Source of the DNA: a virus
DNA length: 64,000 nucleotides
Reading direction: 5' to 3' (one strand)
Virus record (IMG/VR): IMGVR_UViG_3300046534_001374
Coordinates: 1-64,000 of that record
Below are positions 44,216 through 54,659 of this stretch, one piece after another. Position 1 is the stretch's first letter. Each line of letters starts with the position of its first letter. A program made the position numbers and the translations under genes. A model generated the notes under the pieces. The model did not search any database. It worked only from the letters and a program-made list of their open reading frames with translations, and was not told the origin of the DNA.

Positions 44216-44500
44216 CTATTTTAGTTTGTTGCCACCATTGATATCTGGCTCAATAGTCGCACCGGCAACGAAGGTCAGTGCCTCGGCTACATTATCCCCT
44301 TGCTGTGTGGTAACTTGAACTACACAACCATACGGGGTTCGCATTGCTTTTGCTGATTTCATCCATCCTTGGGATTTAGAACTAGCCTTACAAAGCAAGG
44401 TGAACATGTCAGGATTTCCGACAACTTCAACATCACTTACTTTCTTCTTCGTATCGTCAACTGATGTGGCGTTTAACGTTTTTTCTTCTGTTGTTTCCAT
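44216..44500 (-). CDS. Hypothetical phage protein
   Basis: LLCKASSKSQGWMKSAKAM motif; terminator at ~44163-44190. Confidence 0.7.
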   Translation of the reverse strand: METTEEKTLNATSVDDTKKKVSDVEVVGNPDMFTLLCKASSKSQGWMKSAKAMRTPYGCVVQVTTQQGDNVAEALTFVAGATIEPDINGGNKLK

Positions 44501-44727
44501 AAATTCTAAGGGATTGTTATCATACCCTCTTTTCTAATCGATACTACCGATTTGATATCGCCTAATTTATCTGAAGTCGCTTTATCACATTCAACTATGA
44601 TGATACCCACCTCTTCAAGAATATTTTTGACAACACCACCTGCCGATTCTATCTCAATAAGAATTTCTTTCTCGCAACCTCTACCATCACCTTCCTTAGT
44701 CACCATCACCAAGTATGTGCTCATAAG

Positions 44728-45108
44728 TTATTGACCCGCATCTTTGATAAAGATACCATCGACAGTTTTGCCTGTTCTATTCTTAATGACGTTGTAAGCC
44801 GTTTCTAGAGCACCCACGCAATCTAGACCACTAAGCTTGGCAAAGAGGATAAGAGTCACCAGAACATCTCCTAGACCGTCTTCGATCTCATCCTCTGCCT
44901 CCTTAATCATATCTTCTAAATAAGGATTTGGTTTTTGTCTAACTTCGCGGAGTGTTAAGAGTTTAACCACGGCATCTCTGGTCTCAAGATATTCTTCCAT
45001 AGTTTTGTTTAACTGCGGAATGGCATTATCTTTTTTGATAAGATTTTTGGCATCGCCCCATTCAATTACATTTTCCTCTAAACTTTCAAACGTTGTTTTA
45101 TCTGTCAT
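44728..45108 (-). CDS. MazG-like nucleotide pyrophosphohydrolase
   Basis: QLNKTMEEYLE, IEDGLGD and AYNVIKNRTGK motifs. Confidence 0.85.
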   Translation of the reverse strand: MTDKTTFESLEENVIEWGDAKNLIKKDNAIPQLNKTMEEYLETRDAVVKLLTLREVRQKPNPYLEDMIKEAEDEIEDGLGDVLVTLILFAKLSGLDCVGALETAYNVIKNRTGKTVDGIFIKDAGQ

Positions 45109-45360
45109 ATCTTAATTTAATTTTTGATTCCCACTCTTTAGGACTTACACACAAAGGATACTCTTTCCATTCCTGCTCTAAATCTTCATCCAAGTAGATC
45201 CCTATCATACCCTTGGATTCCAATTCTTCAACTGTATATGTCTCAGTTTCTTTAGGTTTTCCTTGCGCCATTTTGACAGACCTGCGAGGAAACCAAGACC
45301 TAATAGTTTTTGGGTTGTTGGTCAACCAATCTCCTTTGTGTTTCGGGGTTTCTCTAGCCA

Positions 45361-46701
45361 TTACAGCGCAAAGTCGAAAACGTTAGGCGCTCCTTTTCCG
45401 TTATTCTCAATAATAACGTAACCCTGCTGAGAAGTCCAACCACCATTTTCAGAATAATCATTACCACCGAACAGCGAAGGTAGAATCATCTTCCTGAGGC
45501 GGTTGGTGATGTTATCATCAATCTTCAAAGTTTCGATATTCTTGGGCTTCTGGGAGGCGAATTTAGCCAAAGAGTGTAGATGCCCTTGTAGGTTTAGGTT
45601 GTAAAGTTTCGGGTTACCCCACTGATATGCAAGATGTTCTGAGGACAGTTTAGAAATTCTTTGATCTCCGTGGGTCAGGATATAGTTGATACCGTCAATT
45701 TCCTTTGAAAGGATTAGTGCATTGTATTCTACCTTATATTTTAAAAACTCAAGACCCCAAACAATTAGTTTGGTCATTTCGCCCTCAGTCCCTGCACTCT
45801 TGTCGGCCAGCAATCTATCATGATTACCTGAAATCATATTGATCTCCTTTAGGTTGTTAATTCGAGATAGAAGGTAATGGTGTAAGACATCGACGCTGAT
45901 TTTAATAGCATCGACTGCACTACTAATACCGTTCTCGATAGTTTTCCACTGTCCGGCGTGCATTAATTCCGCCCCAGTTTCAACCATATCACCCAAAAAG
46001 TTTACATGGACTTCTTTGTAATCCATAGAATTAATTTGATCTGACATCTCCACGAAAAAATCTTTTATGTTTTGTAAACAATAGTCTGGGGTTTGTTGTA
46101 AACCTTTAACGAACGCACCCAGATGAATATCCGCGATATTCAAAACACCAACCTTAGTATTCTTAGTCTTTACTTTTTTACTTTTAAGTTCACTCTTGGT
46201 TGTTTTAAGTTCGTTCTCAACTAGACTTCTCGCCAGTTGTAGATTTTTAGATTCTTCCTCCGACGAAACACCAACAGCCACTCCAGAAGGTATCCGTAGA
46301 GTCATGCCATTTTCCTTAATATATGAACCTCCTGCTGCTGTAGGGGAAATCCCTAATTCTTTACAAGCTTCTTTAAACTTCTTCATAGATCCACTTGAAG
46401 GTTCTACCACTATCAGTTCTTCTAGTTCTTCTAGTTCTTCTAGTTCTTCTAGTTCTAGAAGATGGATCTTCCCGTCATCGACCGTTACACCATTGACCCT
46501 ATACAAACCCTCGTTGAAAAAACGAACTGCTTTGCTTACAAGCTTTCCGCTGAAATCCGTTCCGAATTTGTCGTTATAATGATCCGCCGCATCTTTATAT
46601 GATGAGAAGGTAAAGTTGTCCGCTGCTAGGATAAGTTCCAAAATGTGGTGAACTTTGGTTCCTTTAGTGGTATCGGTAGTGGTTTTTGGTTTAGTTGCCA
46701 T
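45361..46701 (-). CDS. Calcineurin-like metallophosphoesterase
   Basis: DIHLG, GDMVE, GNHD, THGD and GHLH motifs. Confidence 0.88.
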   Translation of the reverse strand: MATKPKTTTDTTKGTKVHHILELILAADNFTFSSYKDAADHYNDKFGTDFSGKLVSKAVRFFNEGLYRVNGVTVDDGKIHLLELEELEELEELEELIVVEPSSGSMKKFKEACKELGISPTAAGGSYIKENGMTLRIPSGVAVGVSSEEESKNLQLARSLVENELKTTKSELKSKKVKTKNTKVGVLNIADIHLGAFVKGLQQTPDYCLQNIKDFFVEMSDQINSMDYKEVHVNFLGDMVETGAELMHAGQWKTIENGISSAVDAIKISVDVLHHYLLSRINNLKEINMISGNHDRLLADKSAGTEGEMTKLIVWGLEFLKYKVEYNALILSKEIDGINYILTHGDQRISKLSSEHLAYQWGNPKLYNLNLQGHLHSLAKFASQKPKNIETLKIDDNITNRLRKMILPSLFGGNDYSENGGWTSQQGYVIIENNGKGAPNVFDFAL

Positions 46702-46779
46702 GTTTAATTTAAGTTAAAGTATACTTGTTAAGTTTTCAAGTTTTATTGTTTCTTTTATACGCCAACTATAATTAGAACT

Positions 46780-47232
46780 ATGAGTTCTAAGTTTGATGAT
46801 ATACACCAACACGCGATGAATCGCTATGCATTTGGCGGAGTTCAAGTTCGTGATTATGTGAAAATTAAAGATACTAATATTGACGGTCTCTCTGATGAGA
46901 TCAAAGCTGAGTTAAAAAAGGTTCAGTCTGATGATCTTAATATTAAGGTATTGGAAGTGGTCAAGTCAACACCGGAAGATGGAAAAAATACACAAGATGT
47001 TTTCGCCGCTGTTATCGGTCAAGAAATTGCGGGTGGTTTGTTTCCCACAAAATTTACGGTCCCTGTTAATAAGCTTGAGGTTGTTGGTTTTAATGTGCCT
47101 GAGAGTATCCCCGATAGCTGGAAGGCTGAAATGAAGGTAGACTTCGACGGAAAGCCCGAGAAAGCACCTGAAGTCGGAGGAGAGCAAGTGGTGAAAGGTA
47201 ATGAACCCACTCCCGAGATCAAACAACTCTAA
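46780..47232 (+). CDS. Hypothetical late protein
   Basis: TAATTA-N5-ATG upstream; terminator at ~47246-47284. Confidence 0.7.
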   Translation: MSSKFDDIHQHAMNRYAFGGVQVRDYVKIKDTNIDGLSDEIKAELKKVQSDDLNIKVLEVVKSTPEDGKNTQDVFAAVIGQEIAGGLFPTKFTVPVNKLEVVGFNVPESIPDSWKAEMKVDFDGKPEKAPEVGGEQVVKGNEPTPEIKQL

Positions 47233-47287
47233 TTTTTAGTAAGTCAAAAAAACCCTCTTTTAGTAAGTCTAAAAGAGGGTTTTTGTT

Positions 47288-48400
47288 TTACGAAATACGA
47301 GAATTTACGTCATCAATTTCTCCTGATTTTACGGGTAGGTCCAAATGCTCTTTTGAGATATCATAACCACCATATGGATCAATTCCATCTTTCTGAAGAT
47401 TCTTCAGATACTCCCCGTATTCAACAACTGCATTTTGTCTCTTGTAAGTTGGCATAACAATAACTCGGCCATCTACTAAATTATATTGGATATATTTGTG
47501 AGATGCGGAGAACACTGCTTTAGCTGCTGCTAACTGAACCCAGTCATCCCACAATCTTTGTGATACTTCACTTTTCGTTGATTTTTCAATAGCCTTAAGG
47601 AAGTCTATATAACCCCCGATTATCTTTTTGCCCGAAGCTGTCAGATTGTCAGTCTTCTCACCATCCTTCTTAGAAAACGACGCAGACTTGAAACTAGAAC
47701 CATCTGGTTTGGATAGTATAATCGGAACCCCATAAACATCAGTATTGATATTGTCGATACATCCTAGTTTACCTGTTAGAAGCTGAACAGCAAAACCAGC
47801 CTTCACGGTGGACATACCCCTAACTGCGTAAACGATGTATTTATATAGTTCGTAGGAATCTTTATACAGGCCAGTCTCAAAGATTTGTTTGTAAAGTTCT
47901 TCCCTCTGTTCCCATAAAGCTATCAAGTTTTTGCTAGCCCCTCGGAACATCCACTGTTTAATAGATCTTTTTTTACCATCAATACCTACCAAATTGTCAA
48001 TCCTCAAAGGCTTTCCGTTGGTTTCCTTAATATAAGCCGCATATACGGGGTAAAGGTTTCTGAAGTCAACCCAAGACGACCCAACAGTTCCAGCAACAAG
48101 ACCCAGCACGAAAAACATATTGTCGGGGGATGACATCGCAAATTTGTTAATTTCTGGATTGTGCTTACAGAAAGAACTGGGTGTATCAATGATATCGCTT
48201 TGATTGATTATAATCGTGTTGTCTTCGTTCTGTTCCCCCTTTATCTTACTCGGAATCATAACAGAAACACCGTCAATTTTAGTTAACTCATACGAACCCT
48301 TTGCTTTATCGGGATCAAAGTTCTCCACCACTAGCCTAAATTCTTCCAGTTCGTCCACTGTTGAACCTAGACTTTCCATTAAAGTTGAAAACTTTCCCAT
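47288..48400 (-). CDS. HhH-containing, DNA-glycosylase-like protein
   Basis: VRGMSTVKAGF...GCID helix-hairpin-helix plus Asp motif; QRLWDDWV. Confidence 0.5.
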   Translation of the reverse strand: MGKFSTLMESLGSTVDELEEFRLVVENFDPDKAKGSYELTKIDGVSVMIPSKIKGEQNEDNTIIINQSDIIDTPSSFCKHNPEINKFAMSSPDNMFFVLGLVAGTVGSSWVDFRNLYPVYAAYIKETNGKPLRIDNLVGIDGKKRSIKQWMFRGASKNLIALWEQREELYKQIFETGLYKDSYELYKYIVYAVRGMSTVKAGFAVQLLTGKLGCIDNINTDVYGVPIILSKPDGSSFKSASFSKKDGEKTDNLTASGKKIIGGYIDFLKAIEKSTKSEVSQRLWDDWVQLAAAKAVFSASHKYIQYNLVDGRVIVMPTYKRQNAVVEYGEYLKNLQKDGIDPYGGYDISKEHLDLPVKSGEIDDVNSRIS

Positions 48401-48404
48401 GTAT

Positions 48405-49154
48405 CTAATTATACTTTAGGTATTCGAATCCTTGTCTTAAGAAGGTAAAATAGTCTTCTATGGTATCGTTTTCCCCATACCAACCAATAGCATAAGGGTG
48501 TTGAACTTCGACTAGTGCCAATTCACCTGTATCCAAAATACCCATATCAACAGCACCACAAAAATCTTTAGGGATATCCATATGCGCTATACTCGGACCG
48601 TGGGGGTTTTTCTCGCAAGTTTCATCAGATCCTTTATACCACCACGAACAAATCACTTTTCCGTTGGCGACAAAATATCTCCACTCATCAACAAAGTTGA
48701 CAACTTCAGATATATCGAAAGGTGGTTGTGTTGTCTCTACACAAAACCCCGTTTTAGATAAAACACCTTCGAATCTTTTGTATTTATCCGAAGGTTTTAC
48801 GAACATATCAATTACATTATCTAAGTGATCCGTATAATCGGAAAATTTACTATTGACAATTATGTCTCGTCTCCAGAAATTTTTCGACCACTCTGGATAA
48901 TAATCTGGTTTTCGATGACCGATATAATTTTCAAGAAATTCCACAGAACCTAAAACAAAAAGAGGATCTGTGTTGATTTCGGAAATACAGTCAACAGTTT
49001 TAATTTCAAATTGTTTACCAATACCCCCACAAGTTCCTCGCCTCTCTTCCATTTTAGTCGCATGACCTTGCATAGCACCTAATGACCTACACTCAAAACC
49101 TTTTTGTCTATAAACCGTGTTCATATTAACCTTTCTGTAATTCTGATAATTCAA
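48405..49154 (-). CDS. ATP-grasp protein (DUF4343-like)
   Basis: GSVEF, MFVKP, EWRYFV, AVDMG and LVEV motifs. Confidence 0.8.
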   Translation of the reverse strand: MNYQNYRKVNMNTVYRQKGFECRSLGAMQGHATKMEERRGTCGGIGKQFEIKTVDCISEINTDPLFVLGSVEFLENYIGHRKPDYYPEWSKNFWRRDIIVNSKFSDYTDHLDNVIDMFVKPSDKYKRFEGVLSKTGFCVETTQPPFDISEVVNFVDEWRYFVANGKVICSWWYKGSDETCEKNPHGPSIAHMDIPKDFCGAVDMGILDTGELALVEVQHPYAIGWYGENDTIEDYFTFLRQGFEYLKYN

Positions 49155-50046
49155 GAACCAAGCAGTAGAAGTTCAATTCTGGATCTGCATGTTCCTTATC
49201 TTGGACCAAATATTTATTCATCAACATCAGAACTGGTCTAGACGAAGAAGGTTCGAAGTTATCCAATGCGTATCGCATCATATCAACCATCAAATCTGAA
49301 AAGGTTCCATATTGTGCGGCTTGATTCAAATAGAATTCTCGGATCTTTTCTGGTTCATATCTCGAAATCAAACCCCAAATCAAAGTAACAAACTTGTTCT
49401 GCTTTTGTTTGGAAACCTTCAAAGTTCCTTCAATCGAAGAAGCTCTCAAAGCCACAACCGCAGTTCTGAAATCAGGAAAAGCTGGTTTGGTGATCTTCTC
49501 AAGCTCTTTGTCTTCGTAGGCTACCTTTTCTTTGTCTAAAATGACAGCACAGTGAGCTTTGAAGTCTTCATAGCTACAGTGAAGGTCAATCCTTTGACAA
49601 CGGCTCACAATAGGCTCTACGATCTTAGATAGATGATTAGAGGTAAAAATGAAACGAGTAGTTTCGGAGTAATCTTCGATGATCTCTTTAAGAGAATTCT
49701 GCGCTTGCGGCGACATACCGTCAGCCTCGCCAAAAATAACCACCTTGAGTTTATCGTCAAAGGTAGCGGAAGAAGCAAAGGATTTGACCTTTGTTCTGAT
49801 AACATCAACACCACCTTCATCGGCAGCATTAATATTTAGATATTCACAATCAAGGACATCATTTACTAAAATCTTAGCGAGCGAACTTTTACCCAATCCC
49901 GCAGAACCCACTAAAAGTAGATGTGGGATAGATTCTTTTTTGACAAAGTCGTCAATTTGCTTTCTAACTTCTGGTGCTATAACCAATTCATCTAGTGTTT
50001 GTGGTCGGTATTTTTCGCCCCAAAGTAAGTCTAATATTTCACTCAT
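49126..50046 (-). CDS. Clamp loader subunit (T4 gp44/RFC-like)
   Basis: EKYRPQTLDE, GSAGLGKS and SRC motifs; Walker B reads GEAD instead of DEAD. Confidence 0.93.
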   Translation of the reverse strand: MSEILDLLWGEKYRPQTLDELVIAPEVRKQIDDFVKKESIPHLLLVGSAGLGKSSLAKILVNDVLDCEYLNINAADEGGVDVIRTKVKSFASSATFDDKLKVVIFGEADGMSPQAQNSLKEIIEDYSETTRFIFTSNHLSKIVEPIVSRCQRIDLHCSYEDFKAHCAVILDKEKVAYEDKELEKITKPAFPDFRTAVVALRASSIEGTLKVSKQKQNKFVTLIWGLISRYEPEKIREFYLNQAAQYGTFSDLMVDMMRYALDNFEPSSSRPVLMLMNKYLVQDKEHADPELNFYCLVLELSELQKG

Positions 50047-50340
50047 AATTTATTTTTTGATAACCTTAATCCCGCTTACGGTAGATCTAAGTTCGTCCAT
50101 TTGTTTCTCCAATGCAATAACAGACTTCTCCAAACCGTCGAGTTTTTTCTGTTGCGCTACCACAATCTCAATTGAATTGCTCATGAAAACGTTGTTTTGC
50201 CAGTTGCCCACCTTCAATTTTCGGCAAAGCTCTCCATAAGATCTTATGACGGTATTTTTAATTGTTTCTTTCATTTAGACTTACCATACACCCAAGTTGT
50301 TTCTTTTCAATAGTTAAAAGAAAGTTTCCTAAATACTGGT

Positions 50341-51249
50341 ATGGACAAATACAAAGACTTACTTTATACTTTGCGCTGGTTTGGTAATTTTGCATGGGAT
50401 CAAAAAAAATCACAAAATCAAGCAATCGACCAAGTCAGTAAAGCTTTATCATTGACTAATGACGAGGGTGATATTTCGGCACTTTATACATTGAGGTGGT
50501 ATTTTACCAATAGGTGGGGGTTTACTGATGATAGCCAAGAAGATGTGGTTGGTATTATAACCGAATTGTTGGAAGATACACCTACTCATATCGACCACGA
50601 TAGAATTCCTAATAAAGATGCTTTAGTTGGTAGTGACGAAGAAGAGTTAAAAATATACAAACCAGTTATCAAGAAGGCTGAAATTGCTTCTGGAATTAAA
50701 GTCGGTTTAGCTATTGGCCATAATCAATTTACTGGAGCGAGATCTTACAAAGGTGATGATGAATGGACTACCCGTAAAGCCGTCACGCTACATGCGGTGG
50801 AGATTTTAGCTGAATATGGTGTAGAGTCAAAGATTTTTATTAGGGATCGTTCTAAAGGATATACTACTGCAATGAAACAGCATGGGGCTGATATGAGAAT
50901 GTTTGGTTCTCAAGTTAATTTAGAAATGCATTTCAATTCAGCGGGTCCAACTGCAACAGGAACTGAAATTATTTGTGTTTCAGAAAAGAGTGGTAAATAT
51001 TTTAGACCGCTATGTAAACACTTTGCCGATTATTATGATATGCCGATTAGGGGTGATCATGGAGCACAAGTTAAATCTTCAGGTAGGGGTATTGCATTCG
51101 CTAAATATACACCGAATAGAAGTGGTGTATGGGAAGGGCAGTTCGCGTCTAGTAAGCAGGATTGGGATAAGGTGGACGATAAACCCAAAGAAGAAGGTGA
51201 AACTTTTGCTTATGGATTATTGGAATGTTTGGAACAAGATTATAGATAG
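50341..51249 (+). CDS. N-acetylmuramoyl-L-alanine amidase (Amidase_3-like endolysin)
   Basis: AIGH...E...EMHFNS...GTE...E zinc-ligand pattern; repeated LYTLRW N-terminal module. Confidence 0.8.
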   Translation: MDKYKDLLYTLRWFGNFAWDQKKSQNQAIDQVSKALSLTNDEGDISALYTLRWYFTNRWGFTDDSQEDVVGIITELLEDTPTHIDHDRIPNKDALVGSDEEELKIYKPVIKKAEIASGIKVGLAIGHNQFTGARSYKGDDEWTTRKAVTLHAVEILAEYGVESKIFIRDRSKGYTTAMKQHGADMRMFGSQVNLEMHFNSAGPTATGTEIICVSEKSGKYFRPLCKHFADYYDMPIRGDHGAQVKSSGRGIAFAKYTPNRSGVWEGQFASSKQDWDKVDDKPKEEGETFAYGLLECLEQDYR

Positions 51250-51462
51250 ATTGTTACCAATTTCTTATTAACTCGCCGTTCCTTCTATTTTTGTTTCGAT
51301 TAGATCCACCACTACCTTTACTGCGGATCTTTCCATTATCTTTTTTGGGTGATGGTGGAGTTTCACATTTGATTCGTCTTTTCCTCCAACTCCCCCACAT
51401 GTTTTCCGAGCAAGAACCTTCAGGGTTGTAATTATTATTTGGATTTGATTTCCTCATTATTT

Positions 51463-53139
51463 TTAGTCGGCACAACTTTCGCAAGTATCCCAAGCTGCGC
51501 CATTCTTTTCGATGGCAGCATGTCCTTGCGGATAATAGTAATACAAGGTCTTGACATTAATAGACCAAGCATACTTGTGGATTTCGTAGATATCTTTCAT
51601 TGTATAGTTTGGTCTATTGCAAAGGTTGATACTCTGAGCCATGTCAATATGAACTTGAGCATCAGCGGCAAGATCAAGAATATCTTTCGGTGAAACCTCG
51701 TCAAAGGTTCTATAAATACTTTTCTCTTCATCGGTCAAGATATCCAGATGTTGGACAGATCCAAGATTTACAAGAATAGACCCCCAAACTTCTTTTGTGT
51801 TTTCTCCTTTAGATTCCAACAATTTCATCAAATCGGGATTTCTGAAAGTAGTTTGGATACCTGCTAATTCCATAACGTAGTAGTTTGATCTACGAACTTC
51901 TCTACCAGCAGAAGCATCACATAAGAACGCTGTTGACTTATTCGGAGCTACTATACCCAAACTAACGTTGCGTCTCACCAGACCAGCTTCTACACACATT
52001 GCAGGAGAACCCAGTTTCTCACCCATCTCCAAGGTATAATCTTCACCACATTGTCTAATGGTTTTGTAAATTTCCTTGTTGAGGAATCTGGATTGAATAC
52101 CACCGTATGAAGCACCCTTGCTCTGGAAATAGGAATGCAATCCCAAAGTTCCCAAACCAATATCGCGCTTCTCGATAGCAGATCTTCTAGCCTTTTCCAT
52201 GAAAGGAATACCTTCAGTCAATCTGATAAATTCCGAAACGTTGATATCAAGATATGCATAACAATCTTTGATAATTTGTGGATCAGCTTTGATACGATCC
52301 CAGTGCTTCAAGTTCAAAGACGCAATAACACACACGAAAGATTTGTCATCATATTTAGGTGTCAATACTTCTGTGCAAATGTTGGTGCTCTCTACAGAAT
52401 GTCCAAGGTTTTTATAAACAGGAGATTGGTTTTTATTACAGTTGTCAACGTGAAGGAGATATGTTTTACCAGTTTCCAAACGCTCCTTCAAAACACGCAA
52501 GTATCTCTTCTTCAGTTCTTTATCGGTCTTAATCCTTTCATCGAAACCGCTAGGTAGAATCACACCAATGTTATTAGAAACAAGTGGATCTGATTTATCT
52601 GGGTTCTTCTTCGAAGCTCGATCCATCACTTCATTGAATTCTTTATCATCGATAGAAATGAAAGGAACAGAGTATCCCCTTCTAGCACTTCCTTGTGAAA
52701 CTTTCTGAGCAGTTCTTACACCATCTTCAATCCAATCAAGTTTAGAGTTGGTATAGAAGTTATCCTTTTCCAAGAAAGTTCCGCCATCATAAAGATTAGT
52801 GTAGTCAATACCGACACCACCACCAAGCTTGGACATCATAGCAGTTTCACCCAAAGAGTAATAGATACCTTTGATTGAGTTTTCTGGGTTGATGATAAAA
52901 CAAGAAGCTGGTAGGGGAGTTGTCCCCTCTACCTTTCTTCCCAAGTTAGCCCATTGTGGCGTTGAAGGACTTAGTATTTGTTCCTTGATATAGTATTCAA
53001 TTCTTTCCTGCAATCCCTCGTAATAGTCTGATTCATAGTTACCCACTACCCGACCCATTTCGCTAATTCTGTCATCTAGTGACAGTCCTCCTAAATAGTT
53101 CTTTTTATTTAAGAACTCTAATTGTTGTTTTCCGAACAT
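51463..53139 (-). CDS. nrdA: Ribonucleotide reductase class I alpha subunit (no ATP cone)
   Basis: SPSTP, SCF, GGGVG, TNICTE, VAPNKST, KTLYY and CESC motifs; start reassigned to MFGKQ. Confidence 0.93.
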   Translation of the reverse strand: MFGKQQLEFLNKKNYLGGLSLDDRISEMGRVVGNYESDYYEGLQERIEYYIKEQILSPSTPQWANLGRKVEGTTPLPASCFIINPENSIKGIYYSLGETAMMSKLGGGVGIDYTNLYDGGTFLEKDNFYTNSKLDWIEDGVRTAQKVSQGSARRGYSVPFISIDDKEFNEVMDRASKKNPDKSDPLVSNNIGVILPSGFDERIKTDKELKKRYLRVLKERLETGKTYLLHVDNCNKNQSPVYKNLGHSVESTNICTEVLTPKYDDKSFVCVIASLNLKHWDRIKADPQIIKDCYAYLDINVSEFIRLTEGIPFMEKARRSAIEKRDIGLGTLGLHSYFQSKGASYGGIQSRFLNKEIYKTIRQCGEDYTLEMGEKLGSPAMCVEAGLVRRNVSLGIVAPNKSTAFLCDASAGREVRRSNYYVMELAGIQTTFRNPDLMKLLESKGENTKEVWGSILVNLGSVQHLDILTDEEKSIYRTFDEVSPKDILDLAADAQVHIDMAQSINLCNRPNYTMKDIYEIHKYAWSINVKTLYYYYPQGHAAIEKNGAAWDTCESCAD

Positions 53140-53152
53140 ATGTCTTGTATTT

Positions 53153-54139
53153 TTAAAATTCAAAATTATCAATATCAACTTCCGTATCATCGGAAGAATA
53201 ACCACCAGCGTTATTATCAAAAAAGTCAACTTCCACAGGGGCAAGTATCTTTTCCATCATCCATTGATTCTTCTCCTCATATAATACCTCATCATATTCA
53301 TAATTCAAGTCGAGATCCAAATCTTTTGCAATAACATTGAAATTATAATTCAGGAAATTAATAACCTCTTCTCTTGTGATGTGTTCTGGGACACCATTTT
53401 CAAAAAACCAATCAATTAATTTTAGTTCGGATGTATAAGCTACTTTGATGTTTTTCTCAACAAGATCAACCAAATATTCAGACCATAGTTGTGGATTTTC
53501 CTCTTTGATAATATTAACAACATCAATGCCTAAACTATAGTGGATAATTTCTTCAGTGGCGGTTGATCTCTGTAAAGACGAAATAGTTTTTAATCCTCTA
53601 TTACTTCTGGCATAAGACATCAAAATATAAAATTGGGTAAACAAGCTTGCTCTCTCAACCAAAGCAGTGAACAGAACTAATTTTTTAAGAATCCTCTTCT
53701 TACCGATAATCTTTGGATCTTTCTCCATGTGCTTTTTGAGATAGCTGATTCGGTCTGCCAGTTCTGGATGGTCGTTAACTTCCTTAGGATCGATTTTAAG
53801 CTGTTCCAACAGACTATGATAACTTCTCCGGTGAGTCACTTCACTCTGCCCAAATACCCCGCCTATGTCGCCTATAACCGTTTGTGGAATTTCGTCGTGA
53901 AGACCGCACCAAAAGTTCTTAACTTTATCCTCAACAATAGCAATAGCAAGTATGCAACGCCTAATAGCTTCTTGGTCTGTCTCCCCCAACTCATTGAAAA
54001 AATGAGGGACATCTTGCTCTTTAATCAACTTCTCATATTTAGCAGGAGTCCACCCACCTTTATACATGATGGCGACATACTTGTCTAGGTGTTGGTATTT
54101 CGGGTTTAGGTAAATTTCGTTTTCAAATATATCGGACAT
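53153..54139 (-). CDS. nrdB: Ribonucleotide reductase class I beta subunit
   Basis: EVTHRRSY, VE and EEIIH di-metal ligands; DFF...Y C-terminus. Confidence 0.92.
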   Translation of the reverse strand: MSDIFENEIYLNPKYQHLDKYVAIMYKGGWTPAKYEKLIKEQDVPHFFNELGETDQEAIRRCILAIAIVEDKVKNFWCGLHDEIPQTVIGDIGGVFGQSEVTHRRSYHSLLEQLKIDPKEVNDHPELADRISYLKKHMEKDPKIIGKKRILKKLVLFTALVERASLFTQFYILMSYARSNRGLKTISSLQRSTATEEIIHYSLGIDVVNIIKEENPQLWSEYLVDLVEKNIKVAYTSELKLIDWFFENGVPEHITREEVINFLNYNFNVIAKDLDLDLNYEYDEVLYEEKNQWMMEKILAPVEVDFFDNNAGGYSSDDTEVDIDNFEF

Positions 54140-54225
54140 AGTAGGTTTAATTATTACCACAATACCGCTACGGATTCAATTTATTTATCTAAAAAAGTTT
54201 TTTTTCTGCGCGGATACCCTAGCAC

Positions 54226-54651
54226 TCAATCTAAGATGATCGAATCTAGGATTTTACCTGAAATTGATTCGCGATCCTTAAAATTATTAATTTGTTTTCT
54301 GGTGAATCTGTCTTCGCTAGAATCCCACATTACGATATAAGTAACCAGTTCATCGAAATCTGGCGTTTTGTAGAATACCTCGAACTCTTCCAGATCCTCA
54401 AAATCAGAGATGCTGTCTTCGTATAAACTAAAAACTTCCACTCCATTGACGAGAACTTCCATATCCTGCCTACCATAGTGGAAATTTTCGGTTATTCGGG
54501 TTACCTCGTTAAGTTGTATAAAAAACCCCAATTCCCCAGCAACCGGATCGTGGTATTTGGAAGATGTTAAATCGGGAAACTGTATGCTGAAATGATCCAT
54601 CAATTTTTGATGGGTGGATTCGCCCAATTCTTTATCAATTTTAAAACTCAT
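54226..54651 (-). CDS. Hypothetical protein
   Basis: 141-aa acidic ORF. Confidence 0.65.
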   Translation of the reverse strand: MSFKIDKELGESTHQKLMDHFSIQFPDLTSSKYHDPVAGELGFFIQLNEVTRITENFHYGRQDMEVLVNGVEVFSLYEDSISDFEDLEEFEVFYKTPDFDELVTYIVMWDSSEDRFTRKQINNFKDRESISGKILDSIILD

Positions 54652-54659
54652 ATTATTAT

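Noticed and set aside
46416-46458. 9-bp tandem repeat (LEE)n, and similar short duplications in rIIB, 40420-40460 and 56224-56315
   Set aside because: These are in-frame slippage repeats in linker regions, with no sign of phase variation.
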